A stretch of DNA of 64,000 nt from Eledone cirrhosa (GCA_964016885.1 OZ024740.1:404178001-404242000), one strand, 5' to 3'. Positions 26,395-39,030 are shown, numbered from the stretch's first letter. Made by a program: numbers and translations. Notes: a model not told the origin generated them from the sequence alone.

Positions 26395-26945
26395 CTTGAG
26401 TCTCAGTCATTGATGTTAGTTAACTGGAAAGTTTGTTGGAATGAATATCAAGCCACTACCTGCAGCCTCAGATATTCAGGACGTATCGGAGGGTTCTTGC
26501 TGTTCCCAGCAAGCATGCCTTTTGAAGCGTTCCAAAGAGCGTGAAGGGGCCGATTTTCTTTAACCATACCTGGAAACTTTGGAAGATAGTCCCTAGTGCG
26601 CCTATGACAATCGGGATCACTTTGACTTCATGGCAGTTCCAAATCCTTTTTACCTCCCACTTTAAGTCCTGGTATCGGTTAATTTTCTCCCTCTCCTTCT
26701 CTTGCACTCTCGTATCGAATAGGCAGGCCACATTCACAATCAGGCACGATCAGTTTTCCTTGTCCAAAACCACCATGTCAGGTCTATTGTGTTCCAGTTT
26801 CTTGTCCGTCTGTATCCTAAAATCCCACAGCACCTTCACCTGATCGTTTTCTATCACCGACTCTGGCTTATGATCATACTACTTCTCAGAATGTGGTAAA
26901 TTGTTTACTTTTGCTCATACCACTTCTCAGAATGTGGTAAATATT
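26395..26945 (-). pseudogene. R4/Dong-like non-LTR element 3' fragment (REL endonuclease)
   Basis: KVLWDFRIQTDKKLEHNRPDMVV, EKINRYQDLKWEVKRIW, VIPIVIGALG, LQKACLLGTARTLRYVL. Confidence 0.85.
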
Positions 26946-26969
26946 ACTATCATTATTATTATTATTATT

Positions 26970-29900
26970 GAATGCTATGGTTGACGGAGGCTCGGCTCTG
27001 TAAGGTATTGTAAATTTTGAACGCTATAACAATTGTAAATTGTTTAAAACTTTTACCAACTTGTAGACAAAAACACCCTCCTCCTCGTGAGAGGGTTCTT
27101 TCTGCCCGTTATTTGGCCCTTCGGGGTTAAATAACTGCTTATTGGGGTTTTGTGCCCAATATTTATTTTAAACAAAAAAAAAAACAACATGGCTACGAAA
27201 AAGAATTTTCATAGGTCACTCCCACTCATTCCGTCTTCTTCTTCCTCAATCGTCACTACAGCAGAGAGAAGATTGTCTCTCTCCCTCCCTTCTTTAAATG
27301 TGTCTCTCTCCCTCCCTTCTCTTTCGCAAGCGACGATAGAAAAGAAAAGTCTCGTGCAAAGCGTGCAAGATTTCTCCACGACGACGACGACAACGACGAC
27401 GAAACAGGTGTGCAGGAAATACGAAAACCCATTTCATTCGTCTGACGTCAGGAATAATAGCAGTAGCAGCCGTAATAACAACAGCAACAGTGACAATGAA
27501 AACAACAGTAGCAGCCGCAACAGCATCAGCAGCAGCATAAACAACAACAGCATTAGCAGCAGCAACAACAACAACAACCACGACAACAGCGGCGGCGGCA
27601 GTAGTCGTAGTACCTGCAGCAACAACAAAAGTAACAGCAACTCTGACGACAACAACAACAACAACAACAGCAGCAAAGAAAAACCAATCTTGTTTGCAGG
27701 TATCGCGAAGAACCTGGAAACAATCCTCATAACAAATGAGGAATTAGAGGAAGCGAAGAAGATGGTGACAAAAACTGGACACCGATCAATCTGCAAGGCT
27801 GCGGAAAAATTTTTCGAAGCCCAACAGCACTGTACGGTCACGTACCGTACAGTAAGTACAAAATCCCGTAGGGTGGAAAGAGCCACAGAGGCTCAAATAC
27901 AAAAAGCCTTGGGGTCTGTGTGGCAGCGGAAAACACACATCACCCGAGGCAAGAAATATGCCACCGTAGACGTACTTTTTGCCACACCCCAGGAGGCAAA
28001 GGCTCAATCCGTAGTGACCCTAAGGAGCGAGGAAATGGTGTTGGTGCCCTCCTACTGCGGGCAAAAAATTGTGAGGGTCAAACGGACCCCCCCCCCCCCC
28101 CCAGGATGGCCCCTTCTTGGCTGGCCGCGTCTGTCCTCGTCGGAATCGAGGACAAAACAACTGTACTGCAAGTACAGAAAAAAGTAAGAGAAGATTGGGT
28201 CGGCACCTCCATTGAGATGTTAATCCAAACCAACCAGGAGTGCATCGAAGCTATCCCGGATGTGATAGACTTCGATAACGGCACTCAACTGCCCATAAAT
28301 GTTGAGGGTAAACGCCCGAAATGCTTTCGCTGTGGATCGAAGACTCACCTCAGGGCCTTCTGCAACGAGAAGACCCTGAGAAAGGAGAAAACCCCCCTCC
28401 TTCCGAAACCGGCTCCACGGCTACCAGCAACAGGACAAGCGGCAACCAGGAACGATAGGTCCGTGGCACCCATACCCACTCCACGGAAATCAAAAACAGC
28501 AGCAGCAGTGGAAATATTAACAACAACAACAGCAATACCAAATGCAGCTGCAACAGAGACTCCAGTGCAAACATCACCAACAACAAGTGAAAGAGTGGAG
28601 CTGGTACCCCTCCCCGACCTCACAGAATCAGATATGGAGTGTGAGGTGGGAGAGGGATGGCAAAAGGTCGTAAGAAGGCACAAACGCAGAAGCAGCGCAT
28701 CGTCGCCTTTGAAAAGGGAGGAAAGAAATGAAAAAAGGGTAAAGTCTACTGCAAAGAGACTCACAGCAGCAACACCACCAACACCATCACCAGCCACACT
28801 AGCACCACCATCACCACCGGCGACAACCCCACCGCCAACAACAACAACACCTTCAACACCACCACCACAAGCACCAACATCGCAAACACAACAACAAAAC
28901 ACACACACCCAGCAAAAACGACAAGAAAATAGCAGAACCACACCCCACCCCTAGAAAAACAAATGCACGGCAATAAATACACACAACAAGAAACTAATGA
29001 CTTACATAATTGAACACACAGACATTTCACAACACGACTACATAATACCAGCACCAATCAAAACGCCAACTAACATAAGACTGCTAAAAATAGCACAGAA
29101 ACAATACACAAACATTAAAACGAAATTCCCCAACGCAGTTGGTGATTTCAGAGACCTAGGAGGAACTATCAACAGAAGAGTATATTCGGACATACTCATA
29201 GAAGAGCCGATGACCAGCCGAAGGGACGATTCAACAGACGATCAAGTGAAAAGGGATGTAAAAACCATCCCTCCTCTACGAAAAGTACGGTAAGTGGTCT
29301 TTCCCATCTTTTCCACTCTATTTTAAACATGACCTCACTCAGAATAGGCAGCATAAATGCGCGTGGCTTGGGGTCGTCGTGGAAGTAGGGTCACCTGCTC
29401 AACGACCTCAGGTCACTAAACATAGATGTAGTGACCATCAGCGAGACCAGAATCTCCGAAGCACGGGCCTTCGCACCGATCTTCGGCGGCTACGATGTGT
29501 ACGCATCTCCCAGCCGTCCTGGATCGGGGGGAGGAGTTGCTGTGCTTTTTCGGAGAGGTTTGGATCTCGCCATACGGGCCATCTTCCTGGACCCAGAGGG
29601 TAAGTTGGTGGTGCTGGACGTGACCAGCGGAGACGGGCAAGCTTTCAGGCTAGTGGCCGTCTATGCCCCGACAGGAGCAGGGCGGCCTGATTTCTTCCGG
29701 CGTCTGGAGACCTTTCTTGGAACGTCCCGCTCTTTAGTGTTAGTGGGCGACTGGAACGGGATCTTAGATGCACGCTGGGACTGTGTGGGATTAGCGGATA
29801 GGGGTGGAGGGTGCAAGAGCCTCACCAACCTGCTCAGGCGTTTTGAACTGTCTGACAGGTACCGATTGGATTTCCCGAATGTGCCAATGTGGACTTGGAC

Positions 29901-32900
29901 AAATCGCATATGGTCATCCAGATCATATCTAGATAGAGTATTTTGTAGGGAAATAGATAGGTCTAGCATAGGCTGTCCACAATTCAAGATAGTCAGCTAC
30001 ACGGACCACAAATTCGTGATCTGTGTGCTTGACTTAGATAGGCTTCATAGACGAGGACCCGGCTACTGGAAGCTAAACGCGTCCTTACCAGCGCGCAAGG
30101 CCTACAGAGACCGGATTAGCGAACTAGTTAAGCGGGCGTTGACGGGTGCCATCGTCAACAACAAGTGGTAGTTTGCTCTGAAAAGAGCGATTAGAATAGA
30201 ATCCATTAGGTTTAGTAAAGCTTTAGCAATAGAGAAAAATAGAGCAGAGGGAGAACTAGTTAGAAAATTAGACGAGGCACTTAGCAAAGGCATTGCGACC
30301 GACGTGCTTGCGGCGAAATTGGCCCTTGACCAATTCTTCAATGCAAAGCACGAAGGCTGCGTTGTCAGAGCAAGGGTGCGTGCTTTCAGACACGAGGGAA
30401 CGAAAGCCGTTCAATGGGCCCGAGTGGCGGAGGCGCGTTGTGGCAACAAAGCCACGATCCGGTCTTTGGTGGACCACGACGGACGCATGCTACTCGATCC
30501 CGGGCAAATGTGTGAAGCTTTTCAGCGACACTTCGCTCAGCTGTTCGGGGGCAGCGGTGGGCCGGGACGAGGGATGAGGCGAAGTGTTGCGAAAAGCCGA
30601 TAACAGCCGCTGAAGTAAGGGAGGCAATGACTGGCTGCACAAGGGGTAAATCGCCTGGTTTGGATGGTCTGCCCTATGAACTTTAGGTACAGATGCCAGA
30701 CTTGTTCGGAGGCCTCTTGGCGGACGTCTACTGCAACTGGCAACAGAACGGGAGAATTCCCAGTTCTGTGAGCCGAGGAGCGGTGGCACTGCTGAGAAAG
30801 GATCCGAACAAGGGGGATAACATAGATAATTTCCGGCCCATAACTCTGCTAAACACAGAGTTCAAGATTTTGGCCAAGGTGCTAGCAAAGAGGTTGGCGC
30901 TTGTCGTTGGTGGTCTGGTGGGAGAGGCGCAGACATGCGCCATTCCCGACAGATCCATCCACGACAACCTCCACCTCATGCGATACATCGTAGAGAGGGT
31001 AGCTAGGGAACCTGGCACGGGTGGGTCCTTGATCAATTTGGATCAGTCGAAAGCTTTCGATAGGGTCGACCATCGTTACCTAGCGGCGGTCCTGAGGGCG
31101 GCTGGCTTTGGGCCCGTCTTCAGAGGCTGGATCGCTGCCATGCACAGCGACATCTGCTCTGTGGTGAGAGTGAACGGTCACCTGTCGGAACCGTTCAACA
31201 TCATGCGCTCGGTCCGCCAAGGATGTCCCCTCTCGTCCCTCTTGTACGTATTGACTCTCGAGCCATTACTGCACAAACTGGAGACGTTGAGGGGCATCCC
31301 GCGCGAACTAGGATGCGGAAGATCCGTGTCAGCATATGCGGACGATGTCACCGTAGTGGTGTCGAACGCCAAACACATCGAGGCGATCGGCACTACACTA
31401 AGAGAATACGAAGCGGTGACAGGAGCAGTGATCAACCAGGAAAAGTCGGTGGGCCTGCAGCTCGGCACCTTGAGAGGCAGGTCCATGCCGTCCAACAGCG
31501 TCGTCGGACGCTGGACGGACGGACCGGTTAAATTGCTAGGGGTCTGGTTCGGTCCGGACCTCCAGACGGACAAAAACTGGGACGAGGTGACGAGCAGGGT
31601 GGCTTCTCTCACCCAGAAATGGGCCGAGAGGAAGCTATCCCTGAAAGGTCGAGCGGAGGTGGCTAACGCGTACATCGCGTATGTCATCTGCTACCGCCTG
31701 ACCGTCGTACCTTGTCCTAAGCCTCGCCTGACTGCGCTGGAGCGTTTGCTCTTTCGCTTTTTGTGGAAGGGACGCGCTCCGATGGTCAGGCGGTCCATCT
31801 GTTGTCAACACCCGCTAGGTGGAGGGCTGGGCATGCCGTGGCTGATGATGCGCAGGCACGCGCTCAGGCTACGACATCTCCACCTCTTCCTCGACGGTGA
31901 TCAGGTGTGGTCGCCGTTTGCTAGACACGTATTTCCCCAGCTCGTTTCCTTGACGGAGCTGCAGTCCTGGGTCAAGCGAAGACCGAGAGGGAGCGCCTGG
32001 AGACTGGAATGTCTTCAGGCGCTCACAGCCCTCGACCAATCGAGCAATGTGATCGGTGGAAACTCCACCTCGGCGTTCTATAGAGGATTAGTGGAGGGGA
32101 AGAGCGACGACGTACTTGGGGAAACTCTAGGCGTCGACGAAAATCAACTAGCCAATCTCTTCAGAAGAACTTTCGGGCCAGGGCCTATGGACAACTTCCA
32201 GAAATCTCTGGCCTGGCAGTGCTACCGAGGAGCCTTGCCAGTTCGGGATAAACTCTACAGGCACGGAGGTGCCGTCAGCCGGGCATGTCCGAGATGCGCG
32301 CAGGGCGACGAAACCGTCCTGCACGCACTCATCCAGTGTCCGAAAATTGCTGACTTGTGGGTTTATGTCGAACACCTGCTGTCGCGTGTAGGACGGATCC
32401 GGCTATCATCTTAGTCCATCGTGAGGATTGCCCCGCCCTCCTCCTTTAGCCGGGAAGGGCAGGCAGTTTTTATCTGTCTGGTGGCCATGGCGAAAGAGAT
32501 AGTATGGGGGACACGTTTGAAAGGGCTGAAGACGAGCACTTACCTCTTCGGTGATGCTCTGATTGACTTTTTCAAATTTCATTTGAAAAGGAAAATCAGA
32601 GTAGAGAGGGAAGTGCTCTCTTCCCAGCATTTTGTTGAAAGATGGGTGAGAGAAGCAAGAATGGCCCGAGTGAATATACTCTGAGTATATATCTGTAAAT
32701 TAAAGGTGGAAAACTGGGAGAGGGCACTTGCCTTGGTGGTCACTGTGGCCTTTTACTGGACTTTCTCCACAAATGTCCCTCCGAAGTCTCCCCCTATTGG
32801 GGAATTTTTCATTGTTATTTTTTTGTTACATCCTCGGTTTTTGTTTTTTACACGCAGAAATGCCCATTTGTACCGTCCTGTATTGTCCTGCACTGTCCTT

Positions 32901-32945
32901 AATGTCTACTTTATGTAAACCCTTGTGGTTAATAAAGAAATCATT
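26970..32945 (+). mobile_element. Near full-length Tx1/L1-type LINE copy B (inactivated by stops and frameshifts)
   Basis: ORF1 27189-29293 with CFRCGSKTHLRAFC; ORF2 29329-32700 with APE (VYAP, GDWN, SYLDR, TDH), RT (FRPITLLN, SKAFDRVDH, RQGCPLS, AYADDV) and C-terminal CPRC..H..C; 3' AATAAA then (ATT)n. Confidence 0.95.
30693..32414 (+). CDS. Reverse transcriptase-containing open segment of Tx1-type ORF2 (573 aa)
   Basis: Longest ORF in the window; all non-LTR RT motifs present; part of a disrupted ORF2. Confidence 0.85.
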   Translation: MPDLFGGLLADVYCNWQQNGRIPSSVSRGAVALLRKDPNKGDNIDNFRPITLLNTEFKILAKVLAKRLALVVGGLVGEAQTCAIPDRSIHDNLHLMRYIVERVAREPGTGGSLINLDQSKAFDRVDHRYLAAVLRAAGFGPVFRGWIAAMHSDICSVVRVNGHLSEPFNIMRSVRQGCPLSSLLYVLTLEPLLHKLETLRGIPRELGCGRSVSAYADDVTVVVSNAKHIEAIGTTLREYEAVTGAVINQEKSVGLQLGTLRGRSMPSNSVVGRWTDGPVKLLGVWFGPDLQTDKNWDEVTSRVASLTQKWAERKLSLKGRAEVANAYIAYVICYRLTVVPCPKPRLTALERLLFRFLWKGRAPMVRRSICCQHPLGGGLGMPWLMMRRHALRLRHLHLFLDGDQVWSPFARHVFPQLVSLTELQSWVKRRPRGSAWRLECLQALTALDQSSNVIGGNSTSAFYRGLVEGKSDDVLGETLGVDENQLANLFRRTFGPGPMDNFQKSLAWQCYRGALPVRDKLYRHGGAVSRACPRCAQGDETVLHALIQCPKIADLWVYVEHLLSRVGRIRLSS

Positions 32946-32964
32946 ATTATTATTATTATTATTA

Positions 32965-34190
32965 CAGTTGCATTTATCTTGCTTTATGTTCATACGAGTT
33001 ATCACCAAGTCACAACCAGTGACCTCAAGAGACAACAAGGTCCGCCATGTTCAAGAAAGAACATACATATTCACACATGCATCTTTAGTGTTTAGACTTG
33101 TGATGTACTTATATTGACAGAATCTTCCTTAGTATATGGGCAGTTCCCATTAGTACTATCTTTTGTATTTCTCCTATACGCGGGTTTCCTGGGATTTGCG
33201 ATAAGTAATCATTAGCCCCCTTAGGTATCATTCCCAGAGCGCCTACAACCACTGGTATTGTTTTAGTTCTCAATTTCCACATTTTTCCAATTTCTATCTC
33301 CAGGTCCTTATACTTGCTCAATTTTTCAAATGTTTTTATAGATACATTCTTGTCTATTGTAACAGACATATCAATTAGCAGGCATACCCTCTTTTGAAAG
33401 TCTTTCAATATTATATCAGGTCTGTTTGCATCTATTTTTCGGTCTGTTTGGATGCTAAAGTTCCACAAGATTGAGATGTGATCTTTTTCAAGTATGGGAG
33501 GTGGTTGATGCTCCCACCAATTCTTTTGATGGGGCAGGTCAAAATGCTTACACATTATCCAATGTATGTATTGTGCAGCTCTGTCATGCCTGTTTAGGTA
33601 TTCGGTTGGAGCTATAGGACTGCACATTGAAATTATATGGTCAATGGTCTCTGGTTGTTTTTTGCATACACGGCATAATGGGCTGCACCCATTTTTTATT
33701 ATGTTGGCTTGGTAATTTTTTGTTGGCAGACACTGATCTTGTGCCGATATAATCAGTCCTTCAGTCTCCGATTTCAGTCCAGAGGATGCCAACCACTGAT
33801 GGGTTAAAGTTTTGTCAACATCAGGATTGTTAGCTCGCTCTGGGTATTTTCCATACAGAGGCTTTTCTTGCCATTTCTTAGCCAGTTTCTGTAGCAGTTC
33901 TTTCTTTGCAGTTACTTTTACCTGCTTTGCTTTTTCTGTGTTTTCCATTTCAGCAGTAAATGGGACTTCTGAAATTTGTAGTCCATTACTGTATCTTTGT
34001 GCATCTTTTGATGCTTTCGTGTTTCAAAACGAGTTTGATCATCCAATCATGTGATTCCCTTAGATATGTAGATAATCCAATTGATGCAGTTTTCAACGCA
34101 ATGTCTAACTGGATTAACCCATGTCCTCCTTCTTTCCTAGGGAGATATATTCTATCTATATCTGCCTTAGGGTGATGCATTCTGTGCATG
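32965..34190 (-). mobile_element. R4/Dong-like non-LTR element, 5'-truncated (post-RT region, CCHC, REL endonuclease, 3' UTR)
   Basis: HHPKADIDRIYLPRKEGGHGL, ETEGLIISAQDQ, CRVC..ETIDHIISMC, RHD, NRPDII, EKLSKYKDL; bounded by (TTA)n on both sides. Confidence 0.92.
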
Positions 34191-34249
<59 letters not shown>

Positions 34250-34250
<1 letters not shown>

Positions 34251-36020
34251 GATCGGGGTCTACCCTTGGGTCTCCTGCCGGTTGGTATTGGCCATAAAAT
34301 ATGTCCAACGATTCTTTCCTGAGATATTCTAATAACATGCATGTATTATCGGAGCTGTAATCTTTCAAATCGGAGAAGTAGCGGCTCGACCTGCAGCCAT
34401 TCTCTAATCTCCGAACTACCCACTCTGTCAAGTAACATACTCCAAAGACCGTTCGAGGGAACCCTATTTCGGCCGCTTGTATTCGCGATCGAATTCTTTC
34501 GGACATTATTCAAAATTCCTGACCATAGGTAAGGGTTGTGTCGAATACCGAATTGAAGGTAGCAAATTTGGCTTTTACACCTACTTCGCTTCTTCTGATT
34601 ACAGAATGCTGAAGCTGGCGCATTACTGTATCAGCTCCTGCAATTCGTGCACTTAATTCAGCCTCGTGTCTTCCATCACTCGTGAACACGGCCACGAGAT
34701 ACTTGAACTTCTCCATCTACTTCAGTGTAACTCCATTCACGTGTAGAATGCACAGCGCAGTCTTCTCTGAGAGGAGGAGTGTTTCAATCTTCGCAGCACT
34801 GATTTTCATTCCTTCCGTTCAGCACCTGGCAACAAACCTATCACATGCATGACGGAAATCACCTTCTGACGAGTAAATCACCTTCTGCAGTTTGAAAATT
34901 CCAGCCGACTAATCCTTCACCTAAAGTCGGCGGATGATCTGCCAAAACTCTTCATTTGCTGATCTAAAGTCGGATTCCAGCTTAACCCCAAAGTCCTTCC
35001 ATGTCTTAACTTTGGACGCCTTTGCTGTCTCTGCTGCGATTCTTCGTGCCTAATGTACCGCAAGTGCAAGAAGGAGGACTTGTTTCAAAGCCAAGCTTTG
35101 TAAGCCTCCTTTTTTGATCGGATGGCATCTTTGGCCACTTGATTGAACCAAAGGGTCCTCATGACACACCAAGCCGCTTTCGCACGCAGCATTTAACAGC
35201 TGAACAGTCTCCACTCTGTTTCAACGTCATCAGTTTGCTGAGGATGTTCTTTGAATTTGTTTTGTGGGCTTTCTTGGTTTTAGTTAGTCTCAGGTTGCAG
35301 ATAATTAGATGGTGATCAGTTGATAACTAAGTCCTCCTCTTAACACGAACATCCAACACAGAACCGAAAAGATCAGAAACAATAACAAAATCAATTATTG
35401 ATCTCTGTCCCCGATTTCCCTTATACTATGTGGATTTATGGATGTTCTTGTGCTGGAAGGAAGTGTTCACAACAGAGAGTTCATTTCTAGAGCAGGCCTC
35501 TCCATTCGTGCTTAGATTGGGATCGCTGTTTCTTCCAATCTCTCCAAGTGCTGACATGTGCTTAAATATGTGATTCAGTCTTAACTACATCTAACGCTAC
35601 AGTGACTTATCAAGGACGGGTCTCTATTCGGGCTTTCTATTTTGGCGCATAAACCTGCACCACCCACTAAGATATTTCTTTCATTCTAAGATGCAAAGGC
35701 AAATCCTCCCTCCGAATGGGATCCTGTTTATAATTCATAACACACTCTGACAGCTGTGATCATGTGAATATACCCTGTGCAGTCATTTCTGGCGCCATAC
35801 CTGAATAGTAGAATTTCCATCTTCCATCCAACTCTATTGTACCTGAGCCACTGATCTTTTTTGACGAAATCCCAACTATATTTAGCCAGTAGCATCTAGC
35901 CTCCTCCACTAGTTCCTGCTTCTTGACTATAAGGATTATAACATTCCAGTTACCAATTGTCAAGGTTTGCAGCCTTCCGGACCTACGCTCTCTGGAGTCT
36001 CGGGATACGTAACCTTCGAA
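34250..36020 (-). pseudogene. Degenerate, internally deleted RTE-clade LINE
   Basis: TIGNWNV (APE start), EKFKYL..FTSDG, LTYGQE, IQAAEI, PTGRRPKGRPR. Confidence 0.85.
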
Positions 36021-36129
36021 GTAAGTCCGAAATTACTTATTTAATTATTTATTCCTTTAATAATTTATTCATTTAATTTCTCTCTCCATTTCTTGATTAA
36101 TTAATGCACACTCTACATCGTTTTCGTCA

Positions 36130-36432
36130 GTTGAATGGATGGTAGCTACCTGAAGTGAAGCATGTTGCTCAAAGACACAATGTACTCCCTGGTTCGAGAA
36201 TCGAGTTCATGACCTAACCACTACAATGTCCTCATTCCCAACAGAAAAAGAAGGGGTCTTTGTCGTCTTATGGAGTCATAAGAAAAAATAGACCCAGTAC
36301 TGAGCTGGTACTTCATCATCTTCGAAAGGACAAAAAGCAAAGTCGAGCTCGGCCAGTTTTGGACTGGGAGCACAGTGAGCCGGAACAAATACCGAGACAT
36401 GTTTAAACCATCACCCTAAAGACTCTGCTAAC

Positions 36433-36435
<3 letters not shown>
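36130..36435 (-). mobile_element. Two old SINE remnants
   Basis: 36150-36225 resembles the head of the SINE at 60739; 36285-36435 is a diverged Nin/Deu-domain SINE. Confidence 0.55.
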
Positions 36436-36484
<49 letters not shown>

Positions 36485-36875
36485 ATCGAGATAGTTATAT
36501 AAACAACCAAAAACACAGAAGTGCATATATACGTACAATTGAACTAATATAAAAAAATAATGTTCAACTTACTATCAAAGGCATATCTGTTACCAACTAT
36601 AACGAGCCAGACAATTATATATAGTCTAGGATCGCCGTTTTCCACTCAATGATTTTACAAAAATCTTATGTTATAAGTACGAAACTGCCTATCAGAGTGC
36701 ACACAATACGTTACTTAGTGGCTAAATGGATTTGTATGAGAACTCAAAAATGGCTCCAAATTGAACAGTTTCATTGTAGCGTCCTGAGTACAGTTGAGGC
36801 TTTAGCAAAACACCGCACATGGAGACCACGTGTTAATTCCAGAAAAATTCGAGAAAATTCCCGTACCGGACCAAT

Positions 36876-36906
<31 letters not shown>

Positions 36907-36977
36907 CATATATATATACACGTATATATATATACACGTATATATATATATATATTATTTATATATATATATATATC

Positions 36978-37020
<43 letters not shown>

Positions 37021-37022
<2 letters not shown>

Positions 37023-37114
37023 GGGAAAAAGTATGACCCCGACGGCAGAGCTCAAGCCGTTTCGACGGCTATTTCTGGGCTTGAGCTCTGCCGTCGGGGT
37101 CATACTTTTCCCAT
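37021..37114. repeat. GC-rich hairpin (about 37-bp arms) containing the 3' half of a hammerhead
   Basis: ATGGGAAAAAGTATGACCCCGACGGCAGAGCTCAAGCC and its reverse complement; minus strand reads GAAA-CGGC TTGAGCTCT GCCG-TC-GGGG. Confidence 0.8.
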
Positions 37115-37613
37115 TTCCCACTCTACTACCCTAAGTATTGAGTACTCTGGTGCGTTATGGTCCATCTGGTTCCTTACCACAATTCCTTCGTTATATATAT
37201 ATATATAGTATAAAAAACGAAAAATCAGTGATGCATCTGGACTCAGTTTATTGCGTGTTACAATTGTTTCGCCGGCAGGTAGCTCGAGACATGATCACTG
37301 TATGCATCTGGTTGATTCTACGGCTGCAGGTTCCTTCGGACACGAGCAGTTCGTTCGGAGCAAATTTTCTCACAGGGGTGTTATCGTCAAAAAACACTTT
37401 CAAAACACATCTTCCACTCTTGTCATGCCATTGGCTGTTGTTATTCTACGTCATCTTAAGTTTTGGTCACTATTTACTGCTACACGGGTCATAAGCCATT
37501 TTCCGTCCGACACACTTCAATGGAGCCCTGCTGGGTTCGGTATCTCACACGTCTGTTCACACCCCAGAGTATGTACCCACATATATACACACCATAGCTA
37601 CCATTATACACAC

Positions 37614-37796
<183 letters not shown>

Positions 37797-37831
37797 TATA
37801 TAGAGAGAGAGAGATAGATAGATAGATATAA

Positions 37832-38542
37832 TTTAGCGAGAATCGCATTTCGGCGGGTAGAAATTAGCGAAACGCAACTTCCATATTGTGCAGACAAGCG
37901 CTCCATGATTATGAAGAGGATAGCAGAGCTATAAACATAAGTTAAAATGGTCATACACGCTGAGACGATGGTTAAGAAGCCATAGCCACCATAGCCAAAA
38001 AAGCGAACAAGCTAAACGGGTCAAACAGAATGAGATATGATTGAAATATTTACCCGGACCCTCGGGGAAGATGTAATACTCCGAAATTAGGGTTTCTGCA
38101 ACACCTTAATCAATAATACTGTCTGCTTATAAAAATAAAAATAAGCTTTTGGTATAATGATCGAACAAGGCATCACTTTCTCAACAGGTTTTTGTTCTTC
38201 TTGCGCCAGAATCTCGCAGGTTATGAAAGCACATGTGAGATTCTAAGGGGAGGAAACCCCTATTTTGGCCAGTGAATTCAGCATGTGTAGTTATTGCAAA
38301 AATTTGCAAAAACCGCACAAAACGAATAAGCTCTCTACCGAGTTGTTTTTAAAATAAACATAAGCGATTAATCGGTCAATAGAATTAACCAAACAGCTAA
38401 AAAAATTAACTGGTTAATCGCTTGACTTGGGAGATTAATACAGATATAAGTTAGCGAGAATCGCATTTCGGCGGGTAGAAATTAGCGAAACACGCAACTT
38501 CAATAATGTGCAGACAAGCGCTCCATGCATATGAAGAGGTTA
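37832..38542. mobile_element. Unclassified ~710-bp element with ~90-bp direct terminal repeats
   Basis: TTAGCGAGAATCGCATTTCGGCGGGTAG...ATGAAGAGG at 37832-37920 and 38451-38540; flanked by microsatellites. Confidence 0.7.
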
Positions 38543-38626
38543 ATATATATATATATATATATATAAATTATTTAAAAAATAATGAATAAACAAAGAAACA
38601 GTTCCTTATATTAAACAAAAGAAGTT

Positions 38627-38765
38627 CATTATTTTACGATCGTTTCTAGGACATATATGTGTTAGAATTGGTATGCATATTCAAAAGATCTATGTACAAA
38701 ATTATACAAACTATCAAAGAGAATATACATACCATCACATATATATGCTGTCTTCAGAAATAATG
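38627..38765 (-). ncRNA. Hammerhead motif with ~104-nt stem II insertion
   Basis: Minus strand CATTATTT-CTGAAGA-[104 nt, self-complementary]-GAAA-CGATCG-TA-AAATAATG; 8-bp stem I. Truncated or diverged relatives at 8050-8220 and 8640-8775. Confidence 0.75.
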
Positions 38766-39030
38766 CATATTTATTGATAATAACAACAATTCAAAATTAC
38801 AGGTCTGTTTGGGAACAGATTTTAAATAGACCAATGAGATACATAAAAATTTATCAAGAAAATACAGTTAGGTGTGTGTATATATGTATGTAAATCCGTT
38901 CACAGATGTGCATAGAAGTGTATGTTCATATGTATACGTATGTTGAAAAAGTGTATGTAAATATAAAAAATTAGGGCTAATGTATCTGTATGTCTACAAT
39001 CTACAGACAGAATATATATATATATATGTA

